Assembly (NCBI GenBank): GCA_001724265.1
Contig: MEDY01000052.1
Span: 1 to 64,000 of the forward strand
Length of the DNA stretch: 64,000 nt
Direction: 5' to 3'
Origin: Rhizaria sp. SCN 62-66
Lineage: Eukaryota
Part shown: piece after piece, positions 23,201 to 34,400 of the stretch
How the letters are laid out: each line of letters begins with the position of its first letter
How positions within the stretch are numbered: the first letter of the stretch is position 1
The notes under the pieces: generated by a model
Told to the model about the DNA's origin: nothing
Seen by the model: the letters and a program-made list of their open reading frames with translations, nothing else
Databases searched by the model: none
Made by a program: the position numbers and the translations under genes

Positions 23201-24765
23201 GTCACAGCCGGGGTCTCGTTCGCTGTCGCATTCGCACCGCGAACAACAGGGGCGGGCGCGATGGTCGTGGCACCAGCCGCAGTCGCGGGAACAACGGGCT
23301 CAGCAGCGGCAGGAACAGCGGCAGCGAGAGCAGCGGCGGCGGCGGGCTTCGCTGCAGCAGCGAGCTTCAGACGCTCAGCCATACTCAACGGCGCACTCGG
23401 CTTAACAGAAGCAGTCGCAGGAGTCGCAGGTGCGTTGTTGCTGTTGTTGGTGGTGTTGTTGTTATTGTCATTGCTTGTCACAGCAGGCTTCTGGGGCACA
23501 GGGCCCTGCTTGCTTGCCACAGCGGCCGCGGCAACAGCACAAGCGGCAGTGCCAGTCTTTGCGTTCGCAGCCGGATTCGCATTCGCATCAGAATTAACAG
23601 AGCGAGCGTTAGGATTCGCATTAGTATGCGCGTTTTGGCCAATGCCACCGCGGCCACGGCCCCGGCGCCCGCCCTTGCCATGCCCCGCCGCCGCCTCAGC
23701 CTCAGCCTTGGCCTTGGCCTCCTCAGCGGCCTTGGCCTCGGCCTCAGCCTTGGCCTTGGCGGCGGCCTCAGCGGCGGCCCGGGCCTCGGCGGCCTGGCGC
23801 GCCTTCGAGACCACAGTGGGCTTCTTAACAACAGCCGCTGGCGCAGCCGCATCAGTCCCCGTTGCAGCACCACCAGCAACAACAGTAGCACCAGCGGGAG
23901 TCGCCGCAACAGCGGTGTTGGCCTCAGACTTGGCATTTGCATTGCGAACGTTGGCGTTTGGCGTGACAGCAGGCTTTAACGACGCGAGCAGCGACGACGA
24001 CAACAACCCAAGCCCGCTGCCAGTCTGCTGTTGTTGCTTGTTATTGTTGTTTTGCTGCCAGTGGTCCGGCTCCTCGCCCCTGTACAGCGCGCGCGCCAGG
24101 GCAGCTACCTCCGCCAACACCGCGCCCGCGGCCGCCACGTCCTCCGCCGCGCCCAACGGCGCACGGCTCGCGCTCCCCGCACTCGCGGTGGAGGCTGTAG
24201 CTGTGGCCGTGGCGGCGGAGAGTGCGGAGGGCGGGGGGATGGTCGCGGGGTCAACGTGGGCGAGCGCACGGAGGAATCCCCTGAGGCGAGACGGGGCGAA
24301 CGCGGTTTGCAGCGCGGCATTGAGGTAGCACGTCGCGCCGAGGTTGCGCAAACCGGCGGGGGGAAGCGGGGAGATGAAACGCGGGGACGGCGACAGCGAC
24401 GACGGCGTCGCAGCAGTCGCACTCTCAGACGATGACGAGGACGCAGCAGGGCTGCTGTTGTTGCTCTGTGTCGCTGCCTGAAGCTGCGTGGAGAGCAGAG
24501 ACAACGCGGGGGGCGCAGCAGTAAAAGCAGAGGCTGCTGTGCTACTGGGAGCGCTTGGGGCGCTTGCGGCGGCGTTAGCTGCGCTTGCGGAGGGCACAAT
24601 GAGGAGAGTGGGCGAGTTGAGCAGTGAGAGGAACGACACGAGCCCGGGGCGTGGGGCGGGCGGAATCCACGGTCCTGCGGGAACAGCGACGGGAAGAGGC
24701 AAAGATGTAGGAGATGCCGCGGGCGGAGCCGCCACGGAGCCGAGTTTGGAGGCCCACGTTGACAT
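20233..24765 (-). CDS. USP10: Ubiquitin-specific protease, USP10/Ubp3-like, inflated by low-complexity inserts
   Basis: Cys box GLRNLGATCYLNAALQ, QQDAAE, SPVT...QPYMTLTL, LPPVFALQLQRF, His box GVVTHKGARINSGHY, WWHCDDARV, AYMLVY. Family is certain; subfamily is inferred. Ends TAA. Confidence 0.75.
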   Translation of the reverse strand: MSTWASKLGSVAAPPAASPTSLPLPVAVPAGPWIPPAPRPGLVSFLSLLNSPTLLIVPSASAANAAASAPSAPSSTAASAFTAAPPALSLLSTQLQAATQSNNSSPAASSSSSESATAATPSSLSPSPRFISPLPPAGLRNLGATCYLNAALQTAFAPSRLRGFLRALAHVDPATIPPPSALSAATATATASTASAGSASRAPLGAAEDVAAAGAVLAEVAALARALYRGEEPDHWQQNNNNKQQQQTGSGLGLLSSSLLASLKPAVTPNANVRNANAKSEANTAVAATPAGATVVAGGAATGTDAAAPAAVVKKPTVVSKARQAAEARAAAEAAAKAKAEAEAKAAEEAKAKAEAEAAAGHGKGGRRGRGRGGIGQNAHTNANPNARSVNSDANANPAANAKTGTAACAVAAAAVASKQGPVPQKPAVTSNDNNNNTTNNSNNAPATPATASVKPSAPLSMAERLKLAAAAKPAAAAALAAAVPAAAEPVVPATAAGATTIAPAPVVRGANATANETPAVTATPALAITPRIPAPAPLHSHSGAAGDATAGPAVSGRCTASVVAEDTAVSHAPPQSYLAAIAGGSKSIASADASANSTTTHAATTGTETATVAGVSAAVTSTAVATPASVVTPRLPSLLRMIGGGAAVSEQQDAAEAATLLLAALHGAWAGAARWSAAVDLALRQRAALPPPAPAPALKADKAETEAVPETEDETAAAATAAPETETAGPEAAASSKSAIYNKNSADNDKNAAGGAKGKGEGKASNINPTNASPNPGASQSKGNAATTASKSPVKPDVKLVVRHQSETEAKRSTADAKASESKAESKPDVRPMKPSASFATAVSATSKPAVTKPTVPTVPATAAAAPKTATDTEATTESKVTTESKAMAEQTPAERVRTAAATYAALLADIWGRETAATATAAAAAATAVEGGDGESSTEPGAGADSKVEATTDAANKTEASSVTPAQHVVLASARATLRLPARATAASVSAAAAAAAAAAGSSLDLFLLPRDHPALPAAADGDDGSDSVDGGQSSGGKPGALLGVVADDDEVGWATAGSGKRGGNKSNNINNSINNNSEAAMTAAALALGGGEGSVVRSKFDYGAPSPVTAAVAAHTRLNFRRRGAPDAVDVQPYMTLTLPMPPQSTAANASSQSSGQMPAPDASSSATGANTTASASAGASVSAVPLSALFGAYSARVPITDYRPSAGAPAVPALQFSALQAPLPPVFALQLQRFGAEMKRDARGNFSVVVTKDQRAVVFPPLLRVGARALAAAAASPEAAAAEWERACIYGHDDGARPTANNNSSNAAAIAAVKNHGGHNKSSKAGAAAATGIVSAVCGPSSARFRLHDALAAAMGVAPAALDSTIRALHNTKNSSGNAAKRASAGASASASASGVVSEDAEYFALVGVVTHKGARINSGHYTSYTLSRRPRPQPQSQSQSQSQPLQAQTQAQTQTQCVVDAAAEAEEGWAASELQWWHCDDARVRAVTADEVFRDQAYMLVYARL

Positions 24766-25475
24766 TGCTGCGGAGTCTTGACGCGAGGTGCGAAGGATCC
24801 GACGAAAGCTGGAAAATGTTCAAACGAAGATAGAAGGGGATAGAAGAGAATTAAGCGGACTAAAGTGTGTCTTTAGAGTTAAACTTGTGACGTAACAGAC
24901 ATACTCGAAGATTGAAAGTATAAATCCCGAAATAGTAGCGTTATGGCTCGATTCAATGCGCGGACCACACACAAGAAATCGCAATCTTATGGTGTCATCG
25001 AAGATTGCGAAGTGTAGAACGCAATACTCTGATCGACAATAGCCCATATCAAATAAGATCAATCGCCTACAAGTGTTATAGCCTTCAAAAATCAAATAAT
25101 ATGGTCGCCAGTATCCGACATCATTCAGAACAGCTTCGAATGAGAACGCCAGGACCTTTATGGACTGCACTTGGAGTGCGTCGAAGCGACAACTCGCGCA
25201 AAACGAGGATTACAGCGGCCAAGAAGGCCAAATAGAGACAATTCATGTACAGAGAGTGAACAACAAATGTTGTTTTATAAAGCGTGTTTTGCTGTATATC
25301 GTATTATTTCGTGCGTACATCGTTGCATCTCATATTACGTGTCAGTAAACTCCTCCGCACGCACTGGCCATCCTCTTTTCTCGCTTCAACGTGTTATGTT
25401 CAAGTGTCATCACTCTCGTGGCGGCAGCCCTCGCTCGTTCTCTCACCTCCGCAGCACGCGCTCTCAAACGCGCAC

Positions 25476-26639
25476 TCAATAGGTGGAGTTGAGGTAGGTC
25501 TTGTCGAGGTGGTGCAGACGCACGAAACCGTCTTCACCGCCCGACGCAAACATCTTGCCGTTGGGCGAGAACGACAGCGTGTTGACGGGACCGAAGTGGC
25601 CGCCAACGGACGCGAGCCTCTCCTCGAACACGGTGTGCCAGAAGTCGACCTCGAAGCGGCCCTGCTTGGCGGAGCTGTGCATGACGTCAAGCGCATCCTC
25701 GCCGCCGGCCATGATGACGTGGTTCAGGATGGGGGAGATCGACGCGCCGTTGAGGTTGCGGTCAGACTGGAACGTCTTGATGACCTCGAACGTGCGCGCG
25801 TCGATGATCTTGGACGTCATGTCGGCCGACGCGGTGATGATCATGGTCTTGTCCTTGGAGTACGCAATCGAGTTGATACTCTTCTTGTGGATCTGCACAG
25901 CCTTGATCTCCTGTTCCTCGAGGTCAAACAGACGCAGATACCCGTCGTCGCCGGCCGTGATGACAGACGCGTTAAGCGGGGACCAGAGCGCGCCGTTGAT
26001 GGTCGACGAGTTGTTGAGAGTGATGGTACGCAGCGGCTCGGAAGGGACGGTGTCGTCGCCCTCGAGCGAGTAGATGAAGACGGTCGAGTTGCGGCTCGAG
26101 GTGCGCGCGACAGCGGCGAGGAACATCTCCTCACCCTCGGAGAAGGCGACGCTGCGCACGATCGTGTCATGCTTGAAGCACGCGATCTCGCGGCCGGTCT
26201 TGACGTCCCAGTAGCGGGCAGTCATGTCACCGGACGCCGTGAGGAGGTACTTGGAGTCGAACGAGACGTCCATGTGGAAGACGGCACCGGAGTGGCCCTC
26301 GAAGGTGCCAAGACGCTCGCCGTTGTGCGTGAACCAGACCTGGGGGGACTTGTCCTTGGCGGCAGTGAAGAGCAGGTCAGAGTCGTGGTTGAACACCAGG
26401 TGCGTCAGGTTACGCTCGTGGCCCTTGAGGAGAATAGGAGTCTGCAGGTATGAACGCGCACGCAAGAGATAAGATAGAGAAAGGGGTTAGCAAGGATGGA
26501 GAGAGAGAATTGGGCGAGCGCGTGCGTGTGTGTGACCGCAGGAGAGCGAGAGCGGTGAGACACGACGGAAGCGAAAGATCGGGCAGGAAGCCAAGGGGTT
26601 TAGAAGATAGGAGAAGGCGCAGGAACGTACGATCGGCAT
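25476..26639 (-). CDS. EIF3I: Eukaryotic translation initiation factor 3 subunit I (WD40), 2 exons
   Basis: Coding exon 26639-26631 (MPI), intron 26630-26442 (GTACGT..CAG), exon 26441-25476. PILLKGHER, NGERLGTFEGH, GHFGPVNT, SGGEDGFVRLH. Ends TGA. Confidence 0.95.
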
Positions 26640-27992
26640 GGTCTCTGTGGTAGTAACCGGGGTGCCGGGTCTAAAGGGTGCAAAGACGTGCAGGGTCGAA
26701 AATAGAGAGCTAAGGTGAGCGGAGAGGAATCAGGCGGGAGCACAGCCACAGCTCCGACTGCGCCACGTCAAAGAGGCTATCTGAGCCCAAGGATCCGTGT
26801 GACGTGAAAGATACCCGAATATAAGATAGAACAAAAGCGCGACAAAAATATATATAAACTAAAGACTTCTAGACGCTCGTGATCACGCGATGGATCGATC
26901 GGCAGCTTTTGATCTCGGTTTGCGGTACTTACCAGACCGAGACCGACCGTGGGCCGAAAATCATTTGAGACTTTTTCGGTCCAATGTCAACAAAATCGAC
27001 TTCTCTAGAGATAACGCGCGATAATAAAGATATACGCAGATAAAATTTGCATTTCTGTATATAAACAAAGAAATTATATTTATTTCAATTTGTTATAGTT
27101 TGAATTTATGCTTGCTGTGCGGAATCTCTCTCCGAAATGCAAGTGAAGGTATCCAGAGCCTCAAGATAATCGAGTCATACATCTTGAAGTTTAATGCTAT
27201 GCAACTAAAAATAACAGATTTACATGAAAATTTCTTAATTTTACTTAAACAATCCCTTTGTTACCCGTAGGACTGCTGAAATTGTCTTGTGGGTACCATA
27301 ACTTTGACTTAAACACGTGTCCATTTTGCACCCTGCTGTATGTCTCGTCGCTCTCCATGTCTTCGAGAGCATATGACTTGAAACATGTTGAATTTGCAAT
27401 ATGTACTCTTTTTTATTATATGTAGTGCAGCGATCCATCTTTGACGTCATCTCATCATGATGCGCATGTCTTTAGCCCAGCTACTCCCCTCCGCATTCGA
27501 TCACGCTTTCGTCGCTCCACATAGCTGTGACAATCTGCACCAAACAAATCACGTCACAATACTATGCTTCAACTAATTAGATGCATAATATCATCTTCCC
27601 GCAGTGTGAATCATAAATAGTAGCGCAGTAGCTACACGGAAGCACAACAACGAGGCACATCAAAACTCAAAAGAATCTTCCAGGATATCAAGTGAAGTAT
27701 GAGTTCAAACCAAGTTATATCACGATATATCATAGTTTTAACTGCTTCAAATATTATTCACTCGTGTCATTACTGTACGCCAAATATCCATTGAGAACGA
27801 CTCTATATTCGCGTGCACCACACACGCTGATCAGAGTCGCTCGCACGGACAGTTGGAGCGAAGATTGCTGCGTCACGTCGTAAGTGGGATCCAAGCTCCC
27901 TGAAACAATGTGATCGTCAGTACATTTTTAACGTTAAATATATGGTGCTAATTATTCTTAACTACTTGTTTGTCTTTATTTTATAGCGCAAT

Positions 27993-30900
27993 ATGGAGCG
28001 GCTCGTGAATGCAGACCAGCATTCACGCGCTCATAGCTCAGCCGCTGCTCCCGACGACCCTTCTCAGGGCACGTCCTACGTAGCCGTCTCCTCGAACCAA
28101 GTCGGCACCCCTGTTCAGGGCCCAGCGCTTCCCGCAAGCACGTTAACTGCCCTCCCGCAACATTGCCTCACCGAATCGTTTCCCTCGTCTCCCGACGCCA
28201 GTGGTCAAGCGAGCCTCGTTGCCGCCCCCACTGCCGTCCCCGCTGTTGCCCACGCTGCTCTCGGGCCTGTACCGCAATTCACGCGCGCGACCTCGCAGCC
28301 CGACGCGTCACGACCACAACAATTACACCCTGATACCGCCACGCTGCCCGCTCTTCCTGCGCCCGCGCCCGCGCCCATGCCCGTGCCTGTGCCATCACAG
28401 CATCAGCAGTCTAGGTTGGTGGCATCGAGCGCGTCTGGAGCCTTCAGCTCTGCAGCCACCCCGAGCTCTGGCTTTGGCTCGCAAGCCACCGCGCTAGCTG
28501 GGCGCCCGCCCGCGCCGCGCCGCTCTTCTCTGCTGCCCCAGTCGCAACCGCTGCACGCTCAGCCACATTCACACTCGCAGCTTTTGTCTCAGTCTCAGTC
28601 GCTGCCGCCTCGCCCGCCCTCGCCCGCCCTGTCCGCAAGCGCTTACACAAACACAAACAACGCTATTCCAGCTGCTGACGCAATGGGTGGTAGCTCCCCT
28701 GTCCCGTCTCCGGTCGCTGCGGCTCCAGCGAGTGTTGCTGCAGTCACAGCTCGTGGCCCAGGGGTGAGTCGCGACCGTACCAGCGGCGAAAACGCCAACA
28801 ATAGCGCTCAGAATGCCTTTGCACCGTTGCCATTGCCGCTGCCTCTGTCTCCGTCACACTTAAGCGCCATCGCCAGCAGCAGCGCGCCCAGTCACCGCAA
28901 CACACAGCCCCAGGCACAGCCTCAGGTCCAATTGGGGCAACAGACACAGGCGTCGTCGCAGCTTAGGCCGCGCGCGCGGGCCCGCCTGTCTGCCAGTGCC
29001 GCCCCTTCCCCGGCACTGACTGCCTCGTATAATAATAGCATCAACAACAATCCCAGTCTGAATCTCAACGCGAGTGCAAATGCGAGCAATTCGCTTGGTT
29101 TTAACGCAACTCCCGTTGGCGCAGGCGCTGCGCTGAGTCCCACTAGCTCTTTACCAAGCCTTAACAGTGGCAGCTACCACACTGCCTACAGTCAAAACCA
29201 CGGTCAAAACCTCAGTCTCGGTCAAAACCCGTCGTCGTTGACTCGGCCTCGTGCGAGCTTCAGCAACAACACTGGCGCTAGCAATGCGGCTGCAACGACT
29301 CCGAGTGCTGCCACAAGCGCGACTGTCAGCGCAAACGTAAATATGTCGCTTTCGTCATCCTTGCGTAAGCCTCCGCGGCAGCTACCCATGAGTGCCGGTC
29401 CGACACCGCGCTCGTCTCCCCCCGTGTCTCCGCCGCCCTTGCCGCTGCCGCCGCCTCTGCCGCTGTCTCAGTCGACCCAGCCGCAGTCGCAAACGCCGTC
29501 ACAACCGCGGCCGCAACAGTCTCCAGTGCAGCAGCCTACCACGCCACAGGCTCCGAACGCAAACGCAATCGCACACACAAGCGCGGGCGCGAGCGCGAGT
29601 GCGAGCGCTGCGAATGCTGTAGTGAACGCGCCGCTGCGGAGGTTTTTCCCGTGCTCTGGCGTTTCACTCGCGCTCATCCCGTTTGTGGCTGAGACTGCGC
29701 CGCTGGGCTGCTCGGGGCTGATCCTCGACTGTGAGCGCGGCGAGCTCACTTTTGACCTGGAGCTGAGTCATCTGCCGGCCGTCGCAACGCAGCCGTGGTG
29801 GCGCACTCACGGCCACAGTAGCCGCAGTCAAGGCCGCAATACCAGTCACAGTGATGCAAGCAAGGGCGGTGAAGATTATGGATGCAGTGAAGACACGGCG
29901 GCCGCGGGCTTGTTGTTGGTTGAGAACGGCGACGGGGCGAGTGCTGTGGTTGGAGCAGTCACCTCCGCAGCAACCGCCCCTGTTCTTCCGACTTTAGCCG
30001 CAGCTGCTCCTGTGTGTGGGAGTGACGTTGGCCCCGGCGCTGCTGTTGTTCCGAATGCAGTTGATGCTGATCCAGAGCAAAGTCCAACACTGCGCTCTCA
30101 GTCAGTGTCGCGCTCGCAGTCGCTGGCACACCCACAGCTTCAGGCATTCCACTCGTCCAGTCTCGCCAGCCCGCCGTTCGTGTCGCCCTCCGTGATCCCG
30201 CACTCGCAGATCACCAACAACAGGGCACAGGGAGACTCTGACGCGACAACTCCTGAGAGCGCGACCGCGACTCCCAGTGCTGCCTCCGCCTTAGCGAACG
30301 CGAATGCTGTGGTGCTGCCGCCGTTGCCGCCTACACTTGCTGCCGTCGTCGCGTCACTCTCTGCCAACAAAGCGCCAACAGCAACAACCACGGCAGCAAT
30401 GTCAGCGTCAACGCCAAAATCGTCGGCAACGTTAGCTCAAAGCAACAACAGTACCGAGAACTCCTCTCCTGCGCCAGTTGCCGTGGGCGCTTCACAAGCG
30501 ACTGTGCGCGCTGCGCCGGTGACCGTGGGCGCGCACCTGCCTCCTCTGCGCGCTCTGCTGCCCCCGCCGGCCTCCGCGCGCCGAGTCCGCCTCGTCCTGC
30601 CTTTCTCCTCCATCGTCGGCATTGACTTCCAAATTTCTCTCCACGGCCCCGCGCTGTGTTCTCTCGCGCTCCGCCAGTCGCGCCGCCCGCTGCTGTGCAC
30701 TTCGGCGCTCGCTTCGCCGCTCGCAGGCGCGCTGTTACTCGCCGCGGCCGCGTGCTGGCAGGGCGCACGGCTCTTCGGCCTTGCGTCGCTCTGCGCACTG
30801 CTCGCGATCGCGGTCACGGCGCGGCTCGGCGCGCTCCACCGGCGCCGCTTTCTCTCTCTTCCCGCAACTGACCCGCACTTATGCCTTGATGAAGCCGCGT

Positions 30901-31359
30901 CAGTGGCGTTCCGCTTCCGGCCCGAGTGCCTCCCGTCGTTCATCCGGCTCCGCGAAGCCGTGATGATGCCCGCGCCCGCTGCCGCTAAGGCCGTCGCCGC
31001 CGCCGCACGGTATCTCGCCGACGCCGCCGCCGCGCACGGCGAGTCCGCGCCTGCGCTGACGGCGGCGGACGTGCGCGCGCTTGGCGGAGGGATCACACGG
31101 GCATCGGCGCCGGACTCGCTGTTTGGCAGGCCGCCCGTGCTTGTGACCGCGGCGGCCACGGTCGCGTCGGCCGCGGAAGCAGTGGCGCGCGCTGCGGACC
31201 CGCTTGAGCTCGAGTTAGAGCTCGACCACAGCCAAAGTCTTAACCAAAGCCAGAGCCAGAGCCAGAGTCGGCGGCAGAGCTACAGTCGCGGTCCCAGTCG
31301 CAACCGCAACATCGGTCACCGCGACGCCCACGGCGGCCACAGCGACGCCCACGGCGGCC

Positions 31360-31407
<48 letters not shown>

Positions 31408-34400
31408 CTGACGACGACGGCGACGCCCGTGATTATAAAGACCGGACTGAGACTTAGGCGCAGACTGCCATGTATGACGACGCGGCGAGTCCGCTACCGC
31501 TGCCGCCGCTGCTTGCTCTGTCGCCTATCGCCCCTTCGGCCGCTGCCTCTGCGCTCATTAGTCCCAGCCACACCGCTCATCTCCAGCCACAATTGCAGTC
31601 CCAGTCCCAGTCGCAGCGGCTTGGGACGCCCCGTGGCGCGCACCACCGCCGCACACCCAGCGGCATTCTCCGCGCCGGTGCCGCTGCAAACATTCCCACA
31701 TCTGTCGCCGCTGCTGCTGCTTCGACTGGAGACAATCCTGACGTGACGCCACCGCCGATGCCGTCGCGCGCGCTGCCGCGGCCCCGCGCGAGCCTCGGCG
31801 CCAGCTCCAACGGCGCGGGTGCGAACCCCAACGGCGCGGCGATTGCGAGTGTGAACGACACCGGGAGTCGACGCGCGCGCCGCGGACATCGCGAAAACAG
31901 TGACCGTGACCGTCCTCTTAACACGGGCGCAAACACTGGCGCTGGCGCTGGTTCTGGAGTGATCCGGGGCCGTGTGATGACTGGTGCTGCGAACGCACTG
32001 TGTCAGAACAACCGCGGCCAAAGCCAGACAACTAGCGTTAGCACAGGTACTGGTGGCGGCAGCGGCCCGGCGTCGGCGTGCGCATCAGCGTCTTCAACGC
32101 CGCTGATGACACCGTTGCGCAGGCCGTCTCCACTGCGACTGCCCGCCAGCCCCGCGCTCGCGCCCGCCACTGCGACGGAAGCCGCGCTGACTGGACGCGG
32201 CGGCCCCGGCATTGCGCCGAGTGCGAGCGTGAGCGCGAATGCAGTGGTTGGCGGGCGGCACCACAGGCAGCTGCTTTGGGTCCTCGAGGACGGCGCCACT
32301 GTCCCCGCCCCCAGCAACACATACGCAAACGTATACAGCGCTGGCGCAAACGCGGTGTCTACCGGCGCGATGTCGCCGCGCGATGAGCTCTGGGTGCAGA
32401 GCTACGGCAGCGGACTCGGCGCCGTCATCAGCGGGGACCTCGATGGCGACCGCGACCGTGACCGTGATTACGAGGACGCGGTCTCAGTCACAGAGACGCC
32501 CTATGCGGCGGCCAACACATCAGCGGCGGCGGCGCCTTACCCAGAGATGTCATACGCGTTCAACACCGGCGGCCGCCCGCGCACTCCGCTTCATACGCCG
32601 CCAGGCACCGCTGGCTCTGTTCTCATCAACGGCGGCGACGGCAGCCGTGGTGATGGCGCCGGCGCCGGTGTGCGGCTGGGACTCGGACTCGGACTCAGCC
32701 GACCTGACAGTGCGATGAGCCTTGGTGCGGCCTCGGTCGGTGGCCTCTCATTCTACTCAGACTCGCAGCAACAGCAGCAGTCTCAACAGCAGCCGCTGTA
32801 CTTGCATCAACAGCAACAGCAGCCGCGTCGATCGCCGCAGGGAACTATTGAGGCCGCTTTCCCCGTCGTCTCTAGAAGCGGCCACCGGCGCTCGGGCAGC
32901 ACCGGCGCGCCGATCCCCGGTGCCTCTACATTTCACACTGGCACTGGCATTGGCGCTGGCGCTATGGGCCGCAAGGGGCTGCGGCTGGAGCCGGCGCTGG
33001 TGCGGCGCGGGCGCGGTGACAGCACTGCCGGCAGCTACTACAACTACAGCGCAGCGGGCACGCCCTCTGCCGCGGCCGCTGCTGCCGCTGCTGCTGCTGC
33101 TGCTTCGGCGGCGACGACTGCAGCGGGCGGCTCAGCGGTGCGCGGTGTTGTTACAGTGACCGTAGGCAGCAGCAGCAGCAGCAGCAGTAACCGCAACAGC
33201 TTTGGCGCGACGCACACTGCGTTGAATCTCACTCTTGCGGCCGCTGGCTCCGGCTCAGCGGTGTCGCCCTCCGCCGCCCAATCCCAGCCACAATCACAAT
33301 TGCAGTTGCAGTCAGGACGGTGGGCTCCGGCGCGGTCTCGCTTCGCCGGACCGGACGCTGAGTCAGCGCCGCCGCTCGTGACAGTGCCGTTTCCGACGCG
33401 CGCCGAGGCGCGCCGTGCGCGCGCGCGCGCTGCTGCGGCCGTCACTGATTGCTCTGACTCGGACGCTGACGCAGACGCGGACGCTGATGCTGTGGGCAGC
33501 AGCAGTGACAGTGAGGACAACTGCGACGAGCTCGGCGGCGGCCGTGTGGACCGTGCCGCGCGCAGGCGGCTTAACTTCTGGAAAGAGTCCGGCGCACGCG
33601 CGCTCGCGCTGTTAATTCCGCCGTCCGCTCCCACCACCGTGACAATGTTTAACAGCAGTAACAGCAACAGCGTCAGCCGTGACGTCAAAGACAGCAACAG
33701 CAACGACGACGGCCAAGACACAAACGCCGCGGCGACTTCTGATGCAACGACAACGACGCCCAGAGCGCCCGAGTCTAGCTCCGCGAATTACAAGAAGGGC
33801 AAGGGTTTCTGGTTTCCCAGTGTTGCCGAGAGCAAGTCAGCGCACGAGGTCATCGATCCTAACGCCAGCGCTAGCGGCAGTGCTAGTGCCGGTGTGAATA
33901 TAAGTGCGAATGCAAGTGCGACTCAAGCCAAGCCGACGGCATTGCGTGCGTTCTTGACGAAAGTCTCGCCCGCGCTCGCCGCATTCCTGCTGCCACTGCC
34001 TGAGACAGTGCCCACCACTGCCGCAACAACCGCCTCTATCTCCGGATCAACGGCATCAACTGTGACAAAGTCTCCGCGCGCTGCGAGTGCCCCGCGGCCT
34101 GGTTTGTTTGCGCAGTTGTTTCGCCGCGCAGCAGCTGCAGTGTTGACTCCGACCGTGCGCGCCCGTCTCCACGCCGCCACATCCGCGTTCCGGCGGTGTC
34201 GCCGCGCTGTCCGGCTCCCGGCCTCTCTCATGGAGCCGCCGCCGCCGTGCGCCGCGGCCCCACGCGCGCTACCGCCTCCGCGCGTTGTCTGGCGTCATCA
34301 CGTCAGCGCACCGTCCCTCGCCCCCGCGCTAGCCGCCGCCGCAGCCGCCGCCGCTGCCGCCGCCCGCGCGCGCGCCGCGGCCCGGCTGGCCACCGCGCTG

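Noticed and set aside
25284-26453. Long antisense or alternate-frame ORFs (also 1538-3397, 36094-38268, 55433-57112, 57926-59761, 60549-62258)
   Set aside because: Shadow ORFs expected from GC-rich, Ala-biased codon usage opposite or overlapping clear genes; no independent motifs.
26650-27990. Largest intergenic gap as a possible ncRNA or mobile-element site
   Set aside because: No tRNA/snRNA motifs, terminal repeats or credible ORF were recognisable by eye; an Infernal scan would be needed.
31455-31457. Pyrrolysine, or A-to-I editing (UAG to Trp), as the explanation for internal TAGs
   Set aside because: No pyl genes are visible and the host is eukaryotic. Trp fits the coiled-coil and low-complexity contexts poorly, and editing would not explain the absence of terminal TAG.
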